30,662 bases of DNA from an uncultured Gammaproteobacteria bacterium (GCA_964358345.1 CAYHOM010000002.1:1-30662); one strand, 5' to 3'; positions 8,413 through 19,800 are shown, counted from the stretch's first letter. Notes: generated from the letters alone by a model not told the origin. Program-made: numbers and translations.

Positions 8413-8964
8413 TTAGAGATTATACCTATAGAGAAGGGCGTAATGACAATCGCCTGCTTCAAATGAGTCTTCTAACGTTAGCGTTCCTTGCGTGAAGTAT
8501 GTTTGCGCATCCTCTTGTGAGAGACGATGCTCCAGCGAAGGACCAATGACGGTTGGCTCGGCTTTCCACTCGATGATAAGAAGAAGACCACCAGGTTTTG
8601 TGAGTCGTATCGCCTCCTCGACAAAAGCTTCACGATGACGTGAAAGATAAAGGTTATTCGCCAGAATCGTCAAGTCCAAAGAAGCGGCGGCAATATGCGT
8701 CGCGCCGAGCACCTCTACGTCAGACCACACAGGCCGTATATTCCAATACTGTTCACGTTTAGCGATCTCCTCAATCGAACGGAGAGCAACGTGTTGAATA
8801 TCCACCGCATAGACCCGTCCTTCTCCCCCCACGAACTGCGCAGCAGGAAAAACAAAATGGCCTAACGCTCCACAGCCAAGATCTGCAACATGCCATCCAG
8901 ACATGATCCCAACGCGCTCCAGGAGCTTAAAGGGATTGATCAGTTCATTCCCGCTGTGGTGCAT
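8413..8964 (-). CDS. Class I SAM-dependent methyltransferase (UbiE-like), 183 aa
   Basis: VADLGCGALG motif I, VYAVDIQ motif II, LKPGGLLLIIEW. Start placed at MHHSG (8964) because the upstream ORF-track extension overlaps the next gene. Confidence 0.85.
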   Translation of the reverse strand: MHHSGNELINPFKLLERVGIMSGWHVADLGCGALGHFVFPAAQFVGGEGRVYAVDIQHVALRSIEEIAKREQYWNIRPVWSDVEVLGATHIAAASLDLTILANNLYLSRHREAFVEEAIRLTKPGGLLLIIEWKAEPTVIGPSLEHRLSQEDAQTYFTQGTLTLEDSFEAGDCHYALLYRYNL

Positions 8965-8968
8965 AGGC

Positions 8969-9235
8969 CTACTCCCCGGTCCCAGACCCTGGGAGGATCG
9001 AACCGAGCGTCGACTCAAGAAAGGCGTTCCACAAGTTTGCGGCGACCATGAATCCCGTAAAAACAATCACGATACCCAACAGCTTATAAAACAACCGTGT
9101 GCCACCCCCACCAAGCTTTTGCTCCGCCCAATCAACCGTCCCAAAAAAACCAAGAATCGTTTCCGTGCGCAGAACCATATAGGTACCGAGCCCAGCCACG
9201 ATGAGTCCGATAATGATACGTAAAAAAATGTTCAT
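8969..9235 (-). CDS. Small hypothetical membrane protein (2 TM), 88 aa
   Basis: MNIFLRIIIGLIVAGLGTYMV...GGGGTRLFYKLLGIVIVFTG; ends 4 bp before the next start. Confidence 0.65.
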   Translation of the reverse strand: MNIFLRIIIGLIVAGLGTYMVLRTETILGFFGTVDWAEQKLGGGGTRLFYKLLGIVIVFTGFMVAANLWNAFLESTLGSILPGSGTGE

Positions 9236-9301
9236 AGCCAACGTGTAGGGATAAGGATAGTCTGATAGTATCATATAAGCATACCTTCGTCATTCCATTC
9301 T

Positions 9302-10090
9302 ATGGCATTTCAACGCACAAAACATCCCTCACGCAAAACTAGTTGGGAACCCGTGGCCGAATGGTACAGTAACCATCTTTCTCAACCCGGTACCTTCCAC
9401 GAAACCATCATCTTTCCAAAAACCGTCCGTCTCTTGAACCCAAAACCCGGAGGCCACTACGTTGATCTTGCCTGTGGCGAAGGGTCATTTACCCGTTTTT
9501 TGATGAAACAGGTCCGCTCTATCATGATGGTGGGAATTGATGTATCCCCCCGACTGATTAAGCAGGCTCAGCAGCATTCTCGCTCCACCGCTTGCCGGTT
9601 TTTGGTAGGAGATGCTACCCATGACGCCGCTCAACTTTCCAAAGAGCGTGCGGATGGGATGACGTGTATTCTGGCCCTTCAAAATATGCATCCTCTCTCC
9701 CCCGTTTTCCGCAATGCCGCCCAACTCCTAAAACGAAATGCTCCTTTTGTGATCGTGTTAAATCATCCTTGTTTTCGTCAACCGCGACAGAGCGGCTGGG
9801 GGTGGGACGATGAACGTAAACTGCAATATCGTCGCCTTGATGGGTACATGACCCCTTTTGAAATGCCTATCCTGGCCCATCCAGGCGCAAACCCGACACT
9901 CAAGACCTACTCCTATCATCGACCTCTGTCCGAATACATACAAAGCCTGTTTCAACATGGATTTGTCGTAGATGCTCTTGAGGAATGGATATCGGATAAA
10001 AACAGTGACTCTGGGCCCCGCGCGAAAGCTGAGAACGTATCTCGTACCGAATTTCCTCTTTTTTTGACGATTCGTGCTCGCAAACAGTAA
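9302..10090 (+). CDS. Class I SAM-dependent methyltransferase, 262 aa
   Basis: YVDLACGEG motif I, VGIDVSPRLI, VLNHPCF, YHRPLSEY motifs. Confidence 0.85.
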   Translation: MAFQRTKHPSRKTSWEPVAEWYSNHLSQPGTFHETIIFPKTVRLLNPKPGGHYVDLACGEGSFTRFLMKQVRSIMMVGIDVSPRLIKQAQQHSRSTACRFLVGDATHDAAQLSKERADGMTCILALQNMHPLSPVFRNAAQLLKRNAPFVIVLNHPCFRQPRQSGWGWDDERKLQYRRLDGYMTPFEMPILAHPGANPTLKTYSYHRPLSEYIQSLFQHGFVVDALEEWISDKNSDSGPRAKAENVSRTEFPLFLTIRARKQ

Positions 10091-10104
10091 CGTACCCTCA
10101 CTCC

Positions 10105-10629
10105 ATGTACCCGTTCATCGGTCTTGTCGGCCCAAGCGGCTCTGGAAAAACCACTCTCATCATGGAGGCGATCCGTGCGTTGCCCGATCAGGTGACCATG
10201 ATGCGAAGCGTGACAACGCGCCCCCGTCGTGGACCAGAAGATGTTGCTTCCTACACATTCGTGACGGGGGAAGAGATCCTCAAACGGCACACCGAAGGAC
10301 ATCTCGTCAATCTTTCGGAGTATGCCAACAACCTCTATGCATTTGATCGACGGGTACTTGATGCCACCCTTACGACACGCATCGGCATCCAAGCTCTCGT
10401 TGAATCAGCCATTCAGCCTCTTCGTCAGGCGGGGTATAACCTACACATCGTGCGCATCATCCCAGAAGGGACGATTGATCAACGAGATCCTGTACGCATC
10501 ATCGCCGATCAAGAACGTACGAAGGATTCCCCGAAGGCGGATCTGACCATCAACAATCGTTTTATTCCCGGTGGACGCGAAGCCGCCGCAGAGGCATTCA
10601 TTGCCTATCTCAAAGCCCTCATCGTTTAG
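10105..10629 (+). CDS. Guanylate-kinase-like P-loop protein (divergent), 174 aa
   Basis: GLVGPSGSGKTTL P-loop, SVTTRPRRGPED and EYANNLY Gmk-type motifs; the C-terminal half is short and divergent. Confidence 0.7.
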   Translation: MYPFIGLVGPSGSGKTTLIMEAIRALPDQVTMMRSVTTRPRRGPEDVASYTFVTGEEILKRHTEGHLVNLSEYANNLYAFDRRVLDATLTTRIGIQALVESAIQPLRQAGYNLHIVRIIPEGTIDQRDPVRIIADQERTKDSPKADLTINNRFIPGGREAAAEAFIAYLKALIV

Positions 10630-10691
10630 CATTCCCTTCATTCCAACGATCCCTTCAACGGAAGACGAGGTGAGCGGTAAAAAGACCCCCC

Positions 10692-11327
10692 TCACATCTC
10701 TTGACCAACGGCCCCAGAAGCAAACCGCCTCTTGAAGTCACCTTCATGATACTCTGCGATATCAAAGATCTTGTTTGATTCTTTATTCAGACGCTCAATG
10801 TAGGAGAAAAAAGCTTCTTGTGTAAAGAGCTCGAGTCCAAGCTCCTGACAGAGGCTCCGAATCTCCATGGTGGCGACTTCTCGATCTTCATCCTGACTCA
10901 CCATTTTTTCCGCTTCAAAATAGTAGCTATGTCCCGGGACTTCTACCAAGGCAAACTCGACCCCACGATAATCATACACGCGACTGTTACGAACGCACAT
11001 GGCTCCTTTTCTAAAACCCAGGACACCAAAAATCTCCACAAGCGTGTCAAAACTTCCCTCTTCCGTCAGAACGGAAAGCTCTCGACGCTGCTCCGTCCCT
11101 CCCCATGCTCCAATTTTTACCACGATCTCAGGCTTCCCGTTCGTCATGCGCAATCGAATATCTCTCGTTCGTTCTCGTACGCCCTCGTTCGGCAAAAAAG
11201 TTGAATAATCAATCAGAAGACGATTTTTTGTTTTCTGAAAAACTCCGTTGACAGAGAAAAATGTATCCAACCGCTTATACCCCTCCTGGTCCAACGAACC
11301 ACGAACCTCAACCTCAATATCTTGCAT
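10692..11327 (-). CDS. CYTH-domain (class IV adenylate cyclase / triphosphate tunnel metalloenzyme-like) protein, 211 aa
   Basis: N-terminal IEVEVR (EXEXK-like), IRLR, RRELSV and YYFEAEK motifs. Confidence 0.75.
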   Translation of the reverse strand: MQDIEVEVRGSLDQEGYKRLDTFFSVNGVFQKTKNRLLIDYSTFLPNEGVRERTRDIRLRMTNGKPEIVVKIGAWGGTEQRRELSVLTEEGSFDTLVEIFGVLGFRKGAMCVRNSRVYDYRGVEFALVEVPGHSYYFEAEKMVSQDEDREVATMEIRSLCQELGLELFTQEAFFSYIERLNKESNKIFDIAEYHEGDFKRRFASGAVGQEM

Positions 11328-11339
11328 AAGAGTGATTGA

Positions 11340-14054
11340 TTACTTCCCATGGCACTTTTTATATTTCTTTCCACTGCCACAGGGGCAGAGGTCATTGCGA
11401 CCTACCTCCTTGGTTTTCCCCTGTCCACCCGGCACAGACGAACGCTCCCCCATCTCCTTCGCTGGGGCGGAAAGTTGTACGCCGCGGGCCATCGGACTTT
11501 CCTCACGAAGTTGCTCCGGAAGGACATGCTTGGTCACCTGAATCCGAAAGATGGTTCGTGCCACACGCTGATTGATCATGTTTGTCATCTCATGGAACAA
11601 TCGGTAGGATTCCCGTTTGTATTCCACCAATGGGTCTCGTTGACCATACCCCTGCAGGCCGATTCCCTGACGCAGATAATCCATCGACTCTAAATGGCCA
11701 ATCCACAAATCATCGATCGTCCGAAGGAGAATAGCCTTTTCCAAGTCAGCCATGTTCACAGGATCCCCAATCATCTCTTCCGTTCTTCGATAGGCTACCT
11801 CCACGATCTGCATCACCGCTTCAATCAGCTTGGTACGACGTTCCGCTAAATCTTCTTTTCCCTCCAAATCACGCTGATCAAGGATAAGAGTATCCGGACG
11901 CATGATCTCCGATGGGAAGAAAGAACCAACCGCTTGGTCCAAAGCTGCCTGATCCCAATCTGAAGGATTTTCAGCAGCCGTGTGATAGGCAATGATCTGT
12001 TCCACATCCGATTCTACGGCTTCAAGAATTTTGGCCTTCAAGGGACGCACTCCTTCTTGCGTTGGGGTCTCTGAAAGCTCCAAAAGCTCACGGCGTCTTT
12101 TGTAGATGACCGTACGATGCTTATTGAGGACATCGTCAAACTCCAGGAGGTGTTTACGAATGTCAAAGTTGTGACCCTCCACCTTCCTCTGAGCCGCTTC
12201 GATCGACTTGGTCAGGACACCATTTTCGATCGCTTCATCATCTGGGAGACCTAAACGGTCCATCATGGTCTTCATACGCTCAGATCCAAAGATACGCATG
12301 AGATCATCTTCCATCGACACATAAAACTGCGTCGTTCCCGGATCGCCTTGACGACCAGAACGTCCGCGAAGCTGGTTATCGATACGACGCGATTCATGTC
12401 GTTCCGTACCAAGCACATGCAACCCTCCCAAGGCACGTACTTCTGCCGCCATGGCTCCATCGGGCGGATTCCCTCCCAGAATAATATCGACGCCACGGCC
12501 GGCCATATTGGTCGCGACCGTCACTGACCCCTTTCTTCCCGCTTGAGCAATAATTTCAGCCTCACGCTCATGATTTTTAGCATTTAACAATTCATGAGGA
12601 ACGCCTTCCTGCTTCAGGAGTTCACTCAATAGTTCATTCTTTTCAATGCTCACCGTTCCAACCAGCACCGGCTGCCCCTTTTCGTAACGTTGCTTGATTT
12701 CACGCACCACAGCTTTGAATTTTCCTAATTCATTTTTGTAGACACGATCACGCAAATCCTGGCGTTGATTCTGCGCGTTGGTGGGGATAGCTAATACTTC
12801 CAACTGATAGATCTTATGAAATTCTTCCGCTTCCGTCGCCGCCGTCCCTGTCATGCCAGCAAGTTTTTCGTACAAGCGAAAGTAGTTTTGAAAGGTGATG
12901 GTTGCAAGCGTAATTGATTCACGCTGGATCTTTACCCGCTCCTTAGCTTCGATGGCCTGATGAAGTCCCTCGGAATAACGACGTCCGATCATAAGACGCC
13001 CCGTAAACTCATCCACGATGATCACTTCTCCATCCTTCACCACATAGTCACGATCCTTTTTATACAACGCTTGAGCACGCAGTGCTTGTTCAACGTGGTG
13101 GACGGTCTTCATTCCCCCTTGAGCATACAGATTTTCGACGCCCAACCATCCTTCGATCTTGGCAATCCCCGCTTCCGTTAAGGTAGCGGCACGCAGTTTT
13201 TCATCGACAAGGTAATCCTGTTTCCCTTCCAGCCGCGTCACTAAATCTGCACAGCGATAATAAAGCTCTGCTGGTTCTTCTGATGGAGCAGAAATGATGA
13301 GTGGCGTGCGCGCCTCATCAATCAAAATAGAGTCCACTTCGTCAATCAACGCATAATGGAGGGGCCGCTGCACCATATCCTCTGCCCGTTGGACCATGTT
13401 GTCGCGTAAGTAGTCGAACCCAAACTCATTGTTGGTTCCATAGGTGATGTCGGCCCGATAGGCCTCTCGACGTGAGACCGGACGTAAGTAGTCCATATCA
13501 ACACGGAATGAACCGGTTTCATCACGTTCTGGATCATGCTGCACCTCTGCCTTAAAGGTGGGATCGTACAAAAAACTTCCGGCGTGCTGGATACAGCCAA
13601 CCGATAATCCAAGAGCGGCATAAATTTGCCCCATCCATACGGTGTCACGACGGGCAAGGTAATCGTTCACCGTGATGACATGGACCCCCTTCTCCGTCAG
13701 AGCGTTCAAATACACCGGAGACGTAGCGGTCAAGGTCTTTCCCTCACCGGTACGCATCTCCGCGATAGTGGCGTGATGCATCACGACTCCACCCATGAGC
13801 TGCACATCGTAATGACGCTGCCCCAATGTACGATGTGAGGCTTCCCGCACGGCCGCAAAGGCCTCTGGCAAAAGATCGTCCAACGATTCACCTTGAGCAA
13901 GTCGTTGACGAAAATTCACCGTCCGTTCACGTAACGCCTCATCACTCAAGGTCTCAAAAGAGGGGCCGAGTGAGTTCGCGCGCTCGATAAAGGGCTTTAT
14001 TTTTGCGATTTCTTTGGCATTTGGGTCTGGAAACAGGGAACGCAGGAAGGTCAT
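11340..14054 (-). CDS. secA: Preprotein translocase ATPase SecA, 904 aa
   Basis: [65 protein letters not shown] and C-terminal [18 protein letters not shown] (SEC-C). Confidence 0.99.
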   Translation of the reverse strand: MTFLRSLFPDPNAKEIAKIKPFIERANSLGPSFETLSDEALRERTVNFRQRLAQGESLDDLLPEAFAAVREASHRTLGQRHYDVQLMGGVVMHHATIAEMRTGEGKTLTATSPVYLNALTEKGVHVITVNDYLARRDTVWMGQIYAALGLSVGCIQHAGSFLYDPTFKAEVQHDPERDETGSFRVDMDYLRPVSRREAYRADITYGTNNEFGFDYLRDNMVQRAEDMVQRPLHYALIDEVDSILIDEARTPLIISAPSEEPAELYYRCADLVTRLEGKQDYLVDEKLRAATLTEAGIAKIEGWLGVENLYAQGGMKTVHHVEQALRAQALYKKDRDYVVKDGEVIIVDEFTGRLMIGRRYSEGLHQAIEAKERVKIQRESITLATITFQNYFRLYEKLAGMTGTAATEAEEFHKIYQLEVLAIPTNAQNQRQDLRDRVYKNELGKFKAVVREIKQRYEKGQPVLVGTVSIEKNELLSELLKQEGVPHELLNAKNHEREAEIIAQAGRKGSVTVATNMAGRGVDIILGGNPPDGAMAAEVRALGGLHVLGTERHESRRIDNQLRGRSGRQGDPGTTQFYVSMEDDLMRIFGSERMKTMMDRLGLPDDEAIENGVLTKSIEAAQRKVEGHNFDIRKHLLEFDDVLNKHRTVIYKRRRELLELSETPTQEGVRPLKAKILEAVESDVEQIIAYHTAAENPSDWDQAALDQAVGSFFPSEIMRPDTLILDQRDLEGKEDLAERRTKLIEAVMQIVEVAYRRTEEMIGDPVNMADLEKAILLRTIDDLWIGHLESMDYLRQGIGLQGYGQRDPLVEYKRESYRLFHEMTNMINQRVARTIFRIQVTKHVLPEQLREESPMARGVQLSAPAKEMGERSSVPGGQGKTKEVGRNDLCPCGSGKKYKKCHGK

Positions 14055-14101
14055 AGATGCACGGATGGTAACGGGTTCCCCCGTGATCGTCCAGGTGCCC
14101 C

Positions 14102-14419
14102 TTATCCCTTCGTATGACGGTCTTCTTCTCGTTTTTTATGGTCCGTTAACTCAACCCGCAGATGATCACGAACCTTGTCGATGGCTTTGTATAAATCCGC
14201 CTCCTCGCGCTCAAGGCGCATCGTCCCCCCATCAAAAGCCAACACGACTTTACAGGCGTAGATGTCCCCTTTGTGATGATGGCCAGAGGCCAATCCGACT
14301 TCAACGTCCATATGATGAAGACGATCCATATACTTATTCAATGTCTGCATCTTTTCCTCAACGTAGTCTTTAATCGCCTGCGTAAGCTCAAACCCACGGT
14401 GGGTAATGTTGATGGTCAT
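14102..14419 (-). CDS. hpf: Ribosome hibernation promoting factor / RaiA (short form), 105 aa
   Basis: [21 protein letters not shown]...[13 protein letters not shown]; conserved position directly upstream of secA. Confidence 0.9.
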   Translation of the reverse strand: MTINITHRGFELTQAIKDYVEEKMQTLNKYMDRLHHMDVEVGLASGHHHKGDIYACKVVLAFDGGTMRLEREEADLYKAIDKVRDHLRVELTDHKKREEDRHTKG

Positions 14420-14471
14420 AGGCTGAAAAAATAGCGAATGAGGTCACCTCTTTATGGTACCAGGCGCCCCC

Positions 14472-15458
14472 CTAGAAACCAAGCTCCTGGACTTCTTCCT
14501 GTAACTGTATGCCAAACCGGTCGCGCACCTTCATTTTCACGATGGATATAAGGGTCAACACATCCTCCGCTGTCGCATGCCCTTTGTTCAAAAAGAAATT
14601 GCCATGCTTCATACTCACCTCCATGCCCCCAACCCGCTCCCCCATCATCCCAGCCTGCTCGATAAGCCATCCAGCTCCCAAACGCCGGTGCACAATCCTA
14701 CTGGGCGGAATCTCATCTACGTGGCGACGAAGGATCTCGATCTCCCCTTCATCGTGAACATCCACGTTACGAAATACCGACCCGCAGCTGGAAGACCCGC
14801 TCGGTTGGGTGTCTTTCCGTTTTTGCAAGCATCGTTCGATTTCGGCCTTCCCCTCCTCAGGCGTTTTTCGTGAGGCAAACACGAGCTCGGCTGATAAAAT
14901 AAGATGTGGACGCTCTTTGAACATACTGCCACGATAGACGAATCCACATGCCATATGATCGAGCTGAACACGCGTATGCGTCAGAAGATCATACGCCTCC
15001 ACCTGAGAAACAACATGAGTCATCTCTCCTCCATAACACCCCGCGTTTCCATAGACAGCCCCACCGATCGTCCCAGGGACCGTCACAGCCCAAGCAAACT
15101 CTGCCCACCCCTCTGCCACCGCTTTACGCGCCGCCAACGCCGTAATGACTCCCGCCTCAACACGCATCCCCATCGGCGTGGCCTCTATGCCAGAGGAAGC
15201 GAGTTGAATCACGACCCCTTCATATCCTTTGTCCGCCACCAGCAAGTTAGAACCTCCTCCATAGATATACCAAGGGATGTGCAAGACTTCTGCCGCCTGT
15301 ACAGCGTCGATGCATGCATCAGAAGTCTTGGCCACAACATACAGACGCGCTGGACCCCCAATATGGAACGTCGTGTGGCGCGACATAGGCTCCGCTTCTA
15401 TCGTCTCCGGAATCCGCTCTTGATACTCCTTGATCTGGTCTGGATGTAGCGGATTCAT
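14472..15458 (-). CDS. murB: UDP-N-acetylenolpyruvoylglucosamine reductase, 328 aa
   Basis: HTTFHIGGPA, GGGSNLLV, VPGTIGGAVYGNAG, QP...SCGSVFRN, KHGNFFLN and LQEEV motifs; ATGA overlap with the murC stop. Confidence 0.97.
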   Translation of the reverse strand: MNPLHPDQIKEYQERIPETIEAEPMSRHTTFHIGGPARLYVVAKTSDACIDAVQAAEVLHIPWYIYGGGSNLLVADKGYEGVVIQLASSGIEATPMGMRVEAGVITALAARKAVAEGWAEFAWAVTVPGTIGGAVYGNAGCYGGEMTHVVSQVEAYDLLTHTRVQLDHMACGFVYRGSMFKERPHLILSAELVFASRKTPEEGKAEIERCLQKRKDTQPSGSSSCGSVFRNVDVHDEGEIEILRRHVDEIPPSRIVHRRLGAGWLIEQAGMMGERVGGMEVSMKHGNFFLNKGHATAEDVLTLISIVKMKVRDRFGIQLQEEVQELGF

Positions 15459-16867
15459 ACCGTAGAAAGAAGATCTGCCGCAATGGTGTAAATGTCGCCG
15501 GCACCCATGATCAGAATCACATCGCCTGCACGCATGATGCGTTGTACTCCATGACGCGCTTCCACAACCGTGCCCGCATATTCACGCAGACGCGTACACC
15601 CTCGATCGGCATCATGGCGTGTCAGGGCATCACACAGGTCATGGGAGGAAATGTCTCGATCCTCAACCTGTTCGCGTCCCGCGACATCATAAATCTCAAC
15701 CAAGATAACGGCATCCGCTTTATCGAAGGCCTGAATAAAATCAAGAAAAAAATGACGTGTCCGATGACGATGATGCGGCTGAAAACAAACAACGATACGG
15801 CGGCCGGGATAGGCCTGTTTGGCAGCTTCGATCGTTGCTACGACAGCCGTAGGATGATGGGCGTAGTCAGAGATGACGGTCATGCCATCACGCTCAGCCA
15901 CCTTCTCAAAACGACGCCAGATCCCTCTAAACCCAGCGAGCGTTTCCCGCAGAGCGTCATACGGTGCTTTCAAACGGCGTGCGGCAACACAGGCCGCCGT
16001 GGCATTCATCACATTCATTTTTCCAGGGATGGTGAGTCGTAAACGGGTGACGATGTGCTGTTCGTCACGCAGAGAAAATTGCCATCCTTCGACCGTAGGC
16101 ATCAAATCTTTCATCTGAACATCCGCATGACTTGCGCACCCAAAGGTCACAACATGGATATGGCGCGAAGCCAAGCGCGTGCGCTCCTGACCGATCAACG
16201 TACTCACCTGTGGATCATCCGCATTTGCCACCACCCATCCCCCATCGGGGATCTGACCCAGGAGGGATCGAAAGGCCTCAAGGATGTCAGCGACATTGGC
16301 AAAGACATCCGTATGGTCAAGCTCGATATTATTGATGACGACCCCGCGCGGATGAAAGGACAAAAAATGCCTCTCATATTCATCTCCTTCGATAAGGACA
16401 AGATCTGACTGACCAAATCGGACATTCCCATCTGGGAATTGTGGGACTTTACTGCCGACGATCACCGTCGGATCTAAGCCAGCTCGTTCGCAGAGAAGAC
16501 CAAGCATGGCTGTGGTGGTGCTCTTGCCATGCGTCCCTGTCACAAGAACGACTTCGCGACCCTGAAACCACTCTCCCAAAAATGCAAAATTTGTGTATTG
16601 CGGAAGGTTTCGCCGACGCGCCTCCGCCCGCTCGACATTGAGCTCAGGAACGGCCGAGGTATAAATAACGAGTTCCGTGATAGGAGGGAGGTTTGCAACA
16701 TCGTGACCAATGCTCACAGGGATGCCCACGTTCCGTAACTCTTCGGTCTGCGGTGACTTGGCAACATCTGATCCTGTGACGGATACGCCTGATCGGTGGA
16801 GCAGTTTTGCCACGGCGGACATTTGAATGCCACCAATGCCTATCAGATGAACATGCTGAAATGTCAT
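15455..16867 (-). CDS. murC: UDP-N-acetylmuramate--L-alanine ligase, 470 aa
   Basis: [55 protein letters not shown] and MGAGDI motifs; start at MTFQH (16867). Confidence 0.95.
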   Translation of the reverse strand: MTFQHVHLIGIGGIQMSAVAKLLHRSGVSVTGSDVAKSPQTEELRNVGIPVSIGHDVANLPPITELVIYTSAVPELNVERAEARRRNLPQYTNFAFLGEWFQGREVVLVTGTHGKSTTTAMLGLLCERAGLDPTVIVGSKVPQFPDGNVRFGQSDLVLIEGDEYERHFLSFHPRGVVINNIELDHTDVFANVADILEAFRSLLGQIPDGGWVVANADDPQVSTLIGQERTRLASRHIHVVTFGCASHADVQMKDLMPTVEGWQFSLRDEQHIVTRLRLTIPGKMNVMNATAACVAARRLKAPYDALRETLAGFRGIWRRFEKVAERDGMTVISDYAHHPTAVVATIEAAKQAYPGRRIVVCFQPHHRHRTRHFFLDFIQAFDKADAVILVEIYDVAGREQVEDRDISSHDLCDALTRHDADRGCTRLREYAGTVVEARHGVQRIMRAGDVILIMGAGDIYTIAADLLSTV

Positions 16868-16955
16868 ACAAGAAAGAGATAATCTTAGCCTACGGTTTTC
16901 CCCACGTCTCGTCCAGCGTTTGACGCTGCCTTTCTCCTCCTCCATCATAGGAGCC

Positions 16956-18230
16956 ATGTCTCTTCTTTCTTCTCTCGATCCAGATGTCGCCCGTCTCATC
17001 CACAAAGAACTGGACCGACAGCGTCATGGACTCGAACTCATTGCCTCTGAGAATTACGTCTCACCAGCCGTGCTAGAGGCTGCAGGATCAGTGCTGACAA
17101 ATAAATATGCCGAAGGGTATCCTGGCAAACGCTACTACGGCGGCAATGAGGTGATCGACGAGACCGAATCTCTCGCCATAGGACGAGCGAAACAGTTGTT
17201 CAGCGCAGAACATGCCAACGTCCAATCACATGCAGGTGCACAGGCAAACTTCGCGGTATATCTCGCGCTATGCAAACCTGGCGATACCGTCCTCGCCATG
17301 AATCTTGCCCATGGCGGACATCTTACGCATGGTTCACCTGTGAATTTTAGCGGCAAGTGGTTTAACATCATTCCCTATGGCGTACGAGAATCAGACCATC
17401 TGGTCGACATGGATCAGGTACGTGCCCTTGCGCGCGAGCACAAACCACGCATGATCCTGGCCGGATTCTCTGCCTATCCCCGTAAGCTCGACTTTGCCGC
17501 TTTTGCGGATATCGCCAAAGAAGTTGGGGCGTATCTGTTTGTTGACATGGCACACGTGGCAGGACTCGTTGCTACCAAATTGTATCCCGATCCGATCCCG
17601 CACGCTGATGTAGTAACCAGCACCACCCATAAAACCTTACGTGGTCCACGCGGAGCCATGATTCTTTGCAAAACGGAGGATCGGCTTGATCCGGACGGAA
17701 AAAAAACCCTCGCACAAAAAATAGACAGCGCCGTATTCCCCGGCTCTCAAGGAGGACCCCTTGAACACATCATTGCCGCCAAAGCCGTTGCTTTTCACGA
17801 GGCTCTTCAGCCATCCTTTGTTCACTATCAAGAACAGGTTTTGAAAAACGCTCAAGCCATGGCAGAAGTTTTTTTAGCGGAAGGCGGACGGCTGGTTTCT
17901 GGAGGGACAGATAACCACCTTCTGCTCCTCGACGCGACCGCCTGGGGACCGAGCGGTAAAGAAGCCGAAGAATGGTTGGAAAAAGTCGGCATTTCAGCCA
18001 ACAGAAATATGATTCCCTTTGATCCTCGCAAACCCATGGACCCGTCTGGATTACGTGTCGGCACTCCCGCGATCACCACACGCGGCATGAAAGAAGAAGC
18101 CAGTAAACAGGTCGCACACTGCATCATAGACGTGCTGCGATCCAACCAGGACATAAGTACGATAGAGCGTATCCGCGGACGCATTCGTGAACTCACCGAT
18201 ACCCATCCACTTTACCCAGACTATGCCTAA
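16956..18230 (+). CDS. glyA: Serine hydroxymethyltransferase, 424 aa
   Basis: [39 protein letters not shown] (PLP Lys), GGTDNHL and [13 protein letters not shown] motifs; AGGAG just upstream of ATG 16956. Confidence 0.99.
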   Translation: MSLLSSLDPDVARLIHKELDRQRHGLELIASENYVSPAVLEAAGSVLTNKYAEGYPGKRYYGGNEVIDETESLAIGRAKQLFSAEHANVQSHAGAQANFAVYLALCKPGDTVLAMNLAHGGHLTHGSPVNFSGKWFNIIPYGVRESDHLVDMDQVRALAREHKPRMILAGFSAYPRKLDFAAFADIAKEVGAYLFVDMAHVAGLVATKLYPDPIPHADVVTSTTHKTLRGPRGAMILCKTEDRLDPDGKKTLAQKIDSAVFPGSQGGPLEHIIAAKAVAFHEALQPSFVHYQEQVLKNAQAMAEVFLAEGGRLVSGGTDNHLLLLDATAWGPSGKEAEEWLEKVGISANRNMIPFDPRKPMDPSGLRVGTPAITTRGMKEEASKQVAHCIIDVLRSNQDISTIERIRGRIRELTDTHPLYPDYA

Positions 18231-18894
18231 ACGGTGGAAGGACACGCTCACCTCTGCGGAGCAGAAGATTTTACGACGACTAGATTCACCGAAAAAAATT
18301 CAGGACTATCTAGATGCATTGCCCTTTAATTTTGAAGAAGGAGGCGAAACCTGCCTGTCTCCGCGTCGTGTGATGCGAGAACAGCGCGCCCACTGTATGG
18401 AAGGCGCTCTTTTCGCCGCTCTCGCGCGACGCATCCATGGTCACCCACCCGTCATTCTTGATCTCACCGCGACCTATCACGATGTCGACCATATCGTCAC
18501 CCCTTTTAAAGAAGCAGGGCGCTGGGGCGCAATATCCAAGACCAATCACAACGTATTACGCTACCGCGAACCGATCTATCGATCCATTCACGAACTCGTG
18601 CTCTCGTACTTTCATGAATATTTTGACGATCAAGGACGAAAGACATTGCGTTCATACACTTCCTGCATCGATTTGCGCCGTTTCGACAAGCAACAGTGGA
18701 TGACGGATGATCAGGATCTTTGGTATCTTGTGAAGGGTATTATTGATCTTCCTCATCAGGACATTCTAACGGATGCACAACGCCGCAACCTGCGAAAGGC
18801 TGACGGGGTCGAACGATATAGCTCCTCTTTTCCCGAATGGACAGCACAGGACAAACGTAATCCATGCATCAACCCTCCCTATGCTATTTTATGA
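18223..18894 (+). CDS. Conserved hypothetical protein, possible transglutaminase-like Cys enzyme, 223 aa
   Basis: [42 protein letters not shown] motifs; start overlaps the glyA stop by 8 bp. Confidence 0.6.
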   Translation: MPKRWKDTLTSAEQKILRRLDSPKKIQDYLDALPFNFEEGGETCLSPRRVMREQRAHCMEGALFAALARRIHGHPPVILDLTATYHDVDHIVTPFKEAGRWGAISKTNHNVLRYREPIYRSIHELVLSYFHEYFDDQGRKTLRSYTSCIDLRRFDKQQWMTDDQDLWYLVKGIIDLPHQDILTDAQRRNLRKADGVERYSSSFPEWTAQDKRNPCINPPYAIL

Positions 18895-19369
18895 AGAACA
18901 TTACGCAGAAAAAGAAAATTCTTTTCTGCTCATCCTCCTTTCCGTGATCATTCTGGCGGCAGTGGCTTGGAAAAGCCTCCTTCCCCTTCCCGCCATTCTG
19001 ACCATCATCCTCTTATGCCTCTTTGGTGGCATCATCTATTCTTTTCGGCTTGGGAGCGTTCGCATCACATCGGATCAGATCACCCTTTTAGGAGGGAAGA
19101 GTTTAACAACGATTCCTATCCAAACGATGACAACAGCGCAACTTGCCGAACGGAGGCAAAGACAGTTTTTCTTGCCCGGTACCATGCAACAGATCACAGG
19201 AGCTATTCGCATCGTTCCGCTCTGTCTTCCAACGTTGTTCTCCTTGACTCGCGGCGTCATGCTTACCCTCACAAACGGGACACAACTTTTTATTCCTAGT
19301 GGCCACGCGGAGGGGTGTCTGAAGGCGGTGGAGGACGCACGAAAAATACATACGACCTCTTTCAAATGA
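18881..19369 (+). CDS. Hypothetical membrane protein (2 TM plus PH-like cytoplasmic part), 162 aa
   Basis: Two N-terminal hydrophobic helices, then beta-rich SVRITSDQITL...GVMLTLTNGTQLFIPS; start overlaps the end of the previous gene. Confidence 0.55.
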   Translation: MLFYEEHYAEKENSFLLILLSVIILAAVAWKSLLPLPAILTIILLCLFGGIIYSFRLGSVRITSDQITLLGGKSLTTIPIQTMTTAQLAERRQRQFFLPGTMQQITGAIRIVPLCLPTLFSLTRGVMLTLTNGTQLFIPSGHAEGCLKAVEDARKIHTTSFK

Positions 19370-19480
19370 GCATTCAAAGGATATAGTGGCTCCCGTTAAA
19401 ATTTCCCATGTTTGATACCATGGTGAAAGAACTCACAGCAAGGACTCGTTTTTTTGTTGAAGAGATGGGTGAAGGACACG

Positions 19481-19786
19481 CTACAGAAGATCGATGCAAC
19501 GCACATACACAGTCCCCGTCGATGGAGTCGCCACTTCGTTATTGTAGTAAAAACTGCCCGCGGACCACGAGGCACCCTGGGGGCCCGTTGGACCAACTTC
19601 ACCTTACGATCCTTGTGGACCAACTGATCCTACCGTTCCCATAGGTCCGACAGGTCCCGCTGGACCCATAGGACCCGCCGGTCCAACCACATTCCACGTA
19701 AGCAATCGATCACTCCCACGACAATCATTCCGTCGAAATCCTTCCCCAACAAGCCATGAACGGAAGGGACGGAGCAGAGATCGCAA
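19481..19786 (-). pseudogene. Collagen triple-helix repeat protein remnant with in-frame TAA
   Basis: [69 protein letters not shown]...; the Gly-X-Y register continues across TAA 19606-19604. No signal-peptide N-terminus lies upstream in frame. Confidence 0.7.
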
Positions 19787-19800
19787 GGTATCGACCTGGA

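Noticed and set aside
4398-14082. Shared 9-mer GGGGGAACC in the surface-protein leader (4398-4406) and secA leader (14074-14082) as an ECF -35 box
   Set aside because: No consistent -10 element follows at 16-17 nt, and in both places the 9-mer is part of a hairpin; chance is plausible.
16868-16955. ZTP or other riboswitch upstream of glyA
   Set aside because: Only 88 bp separate the divergent murC and glyA starts, and no aptamer-like structure is visible.
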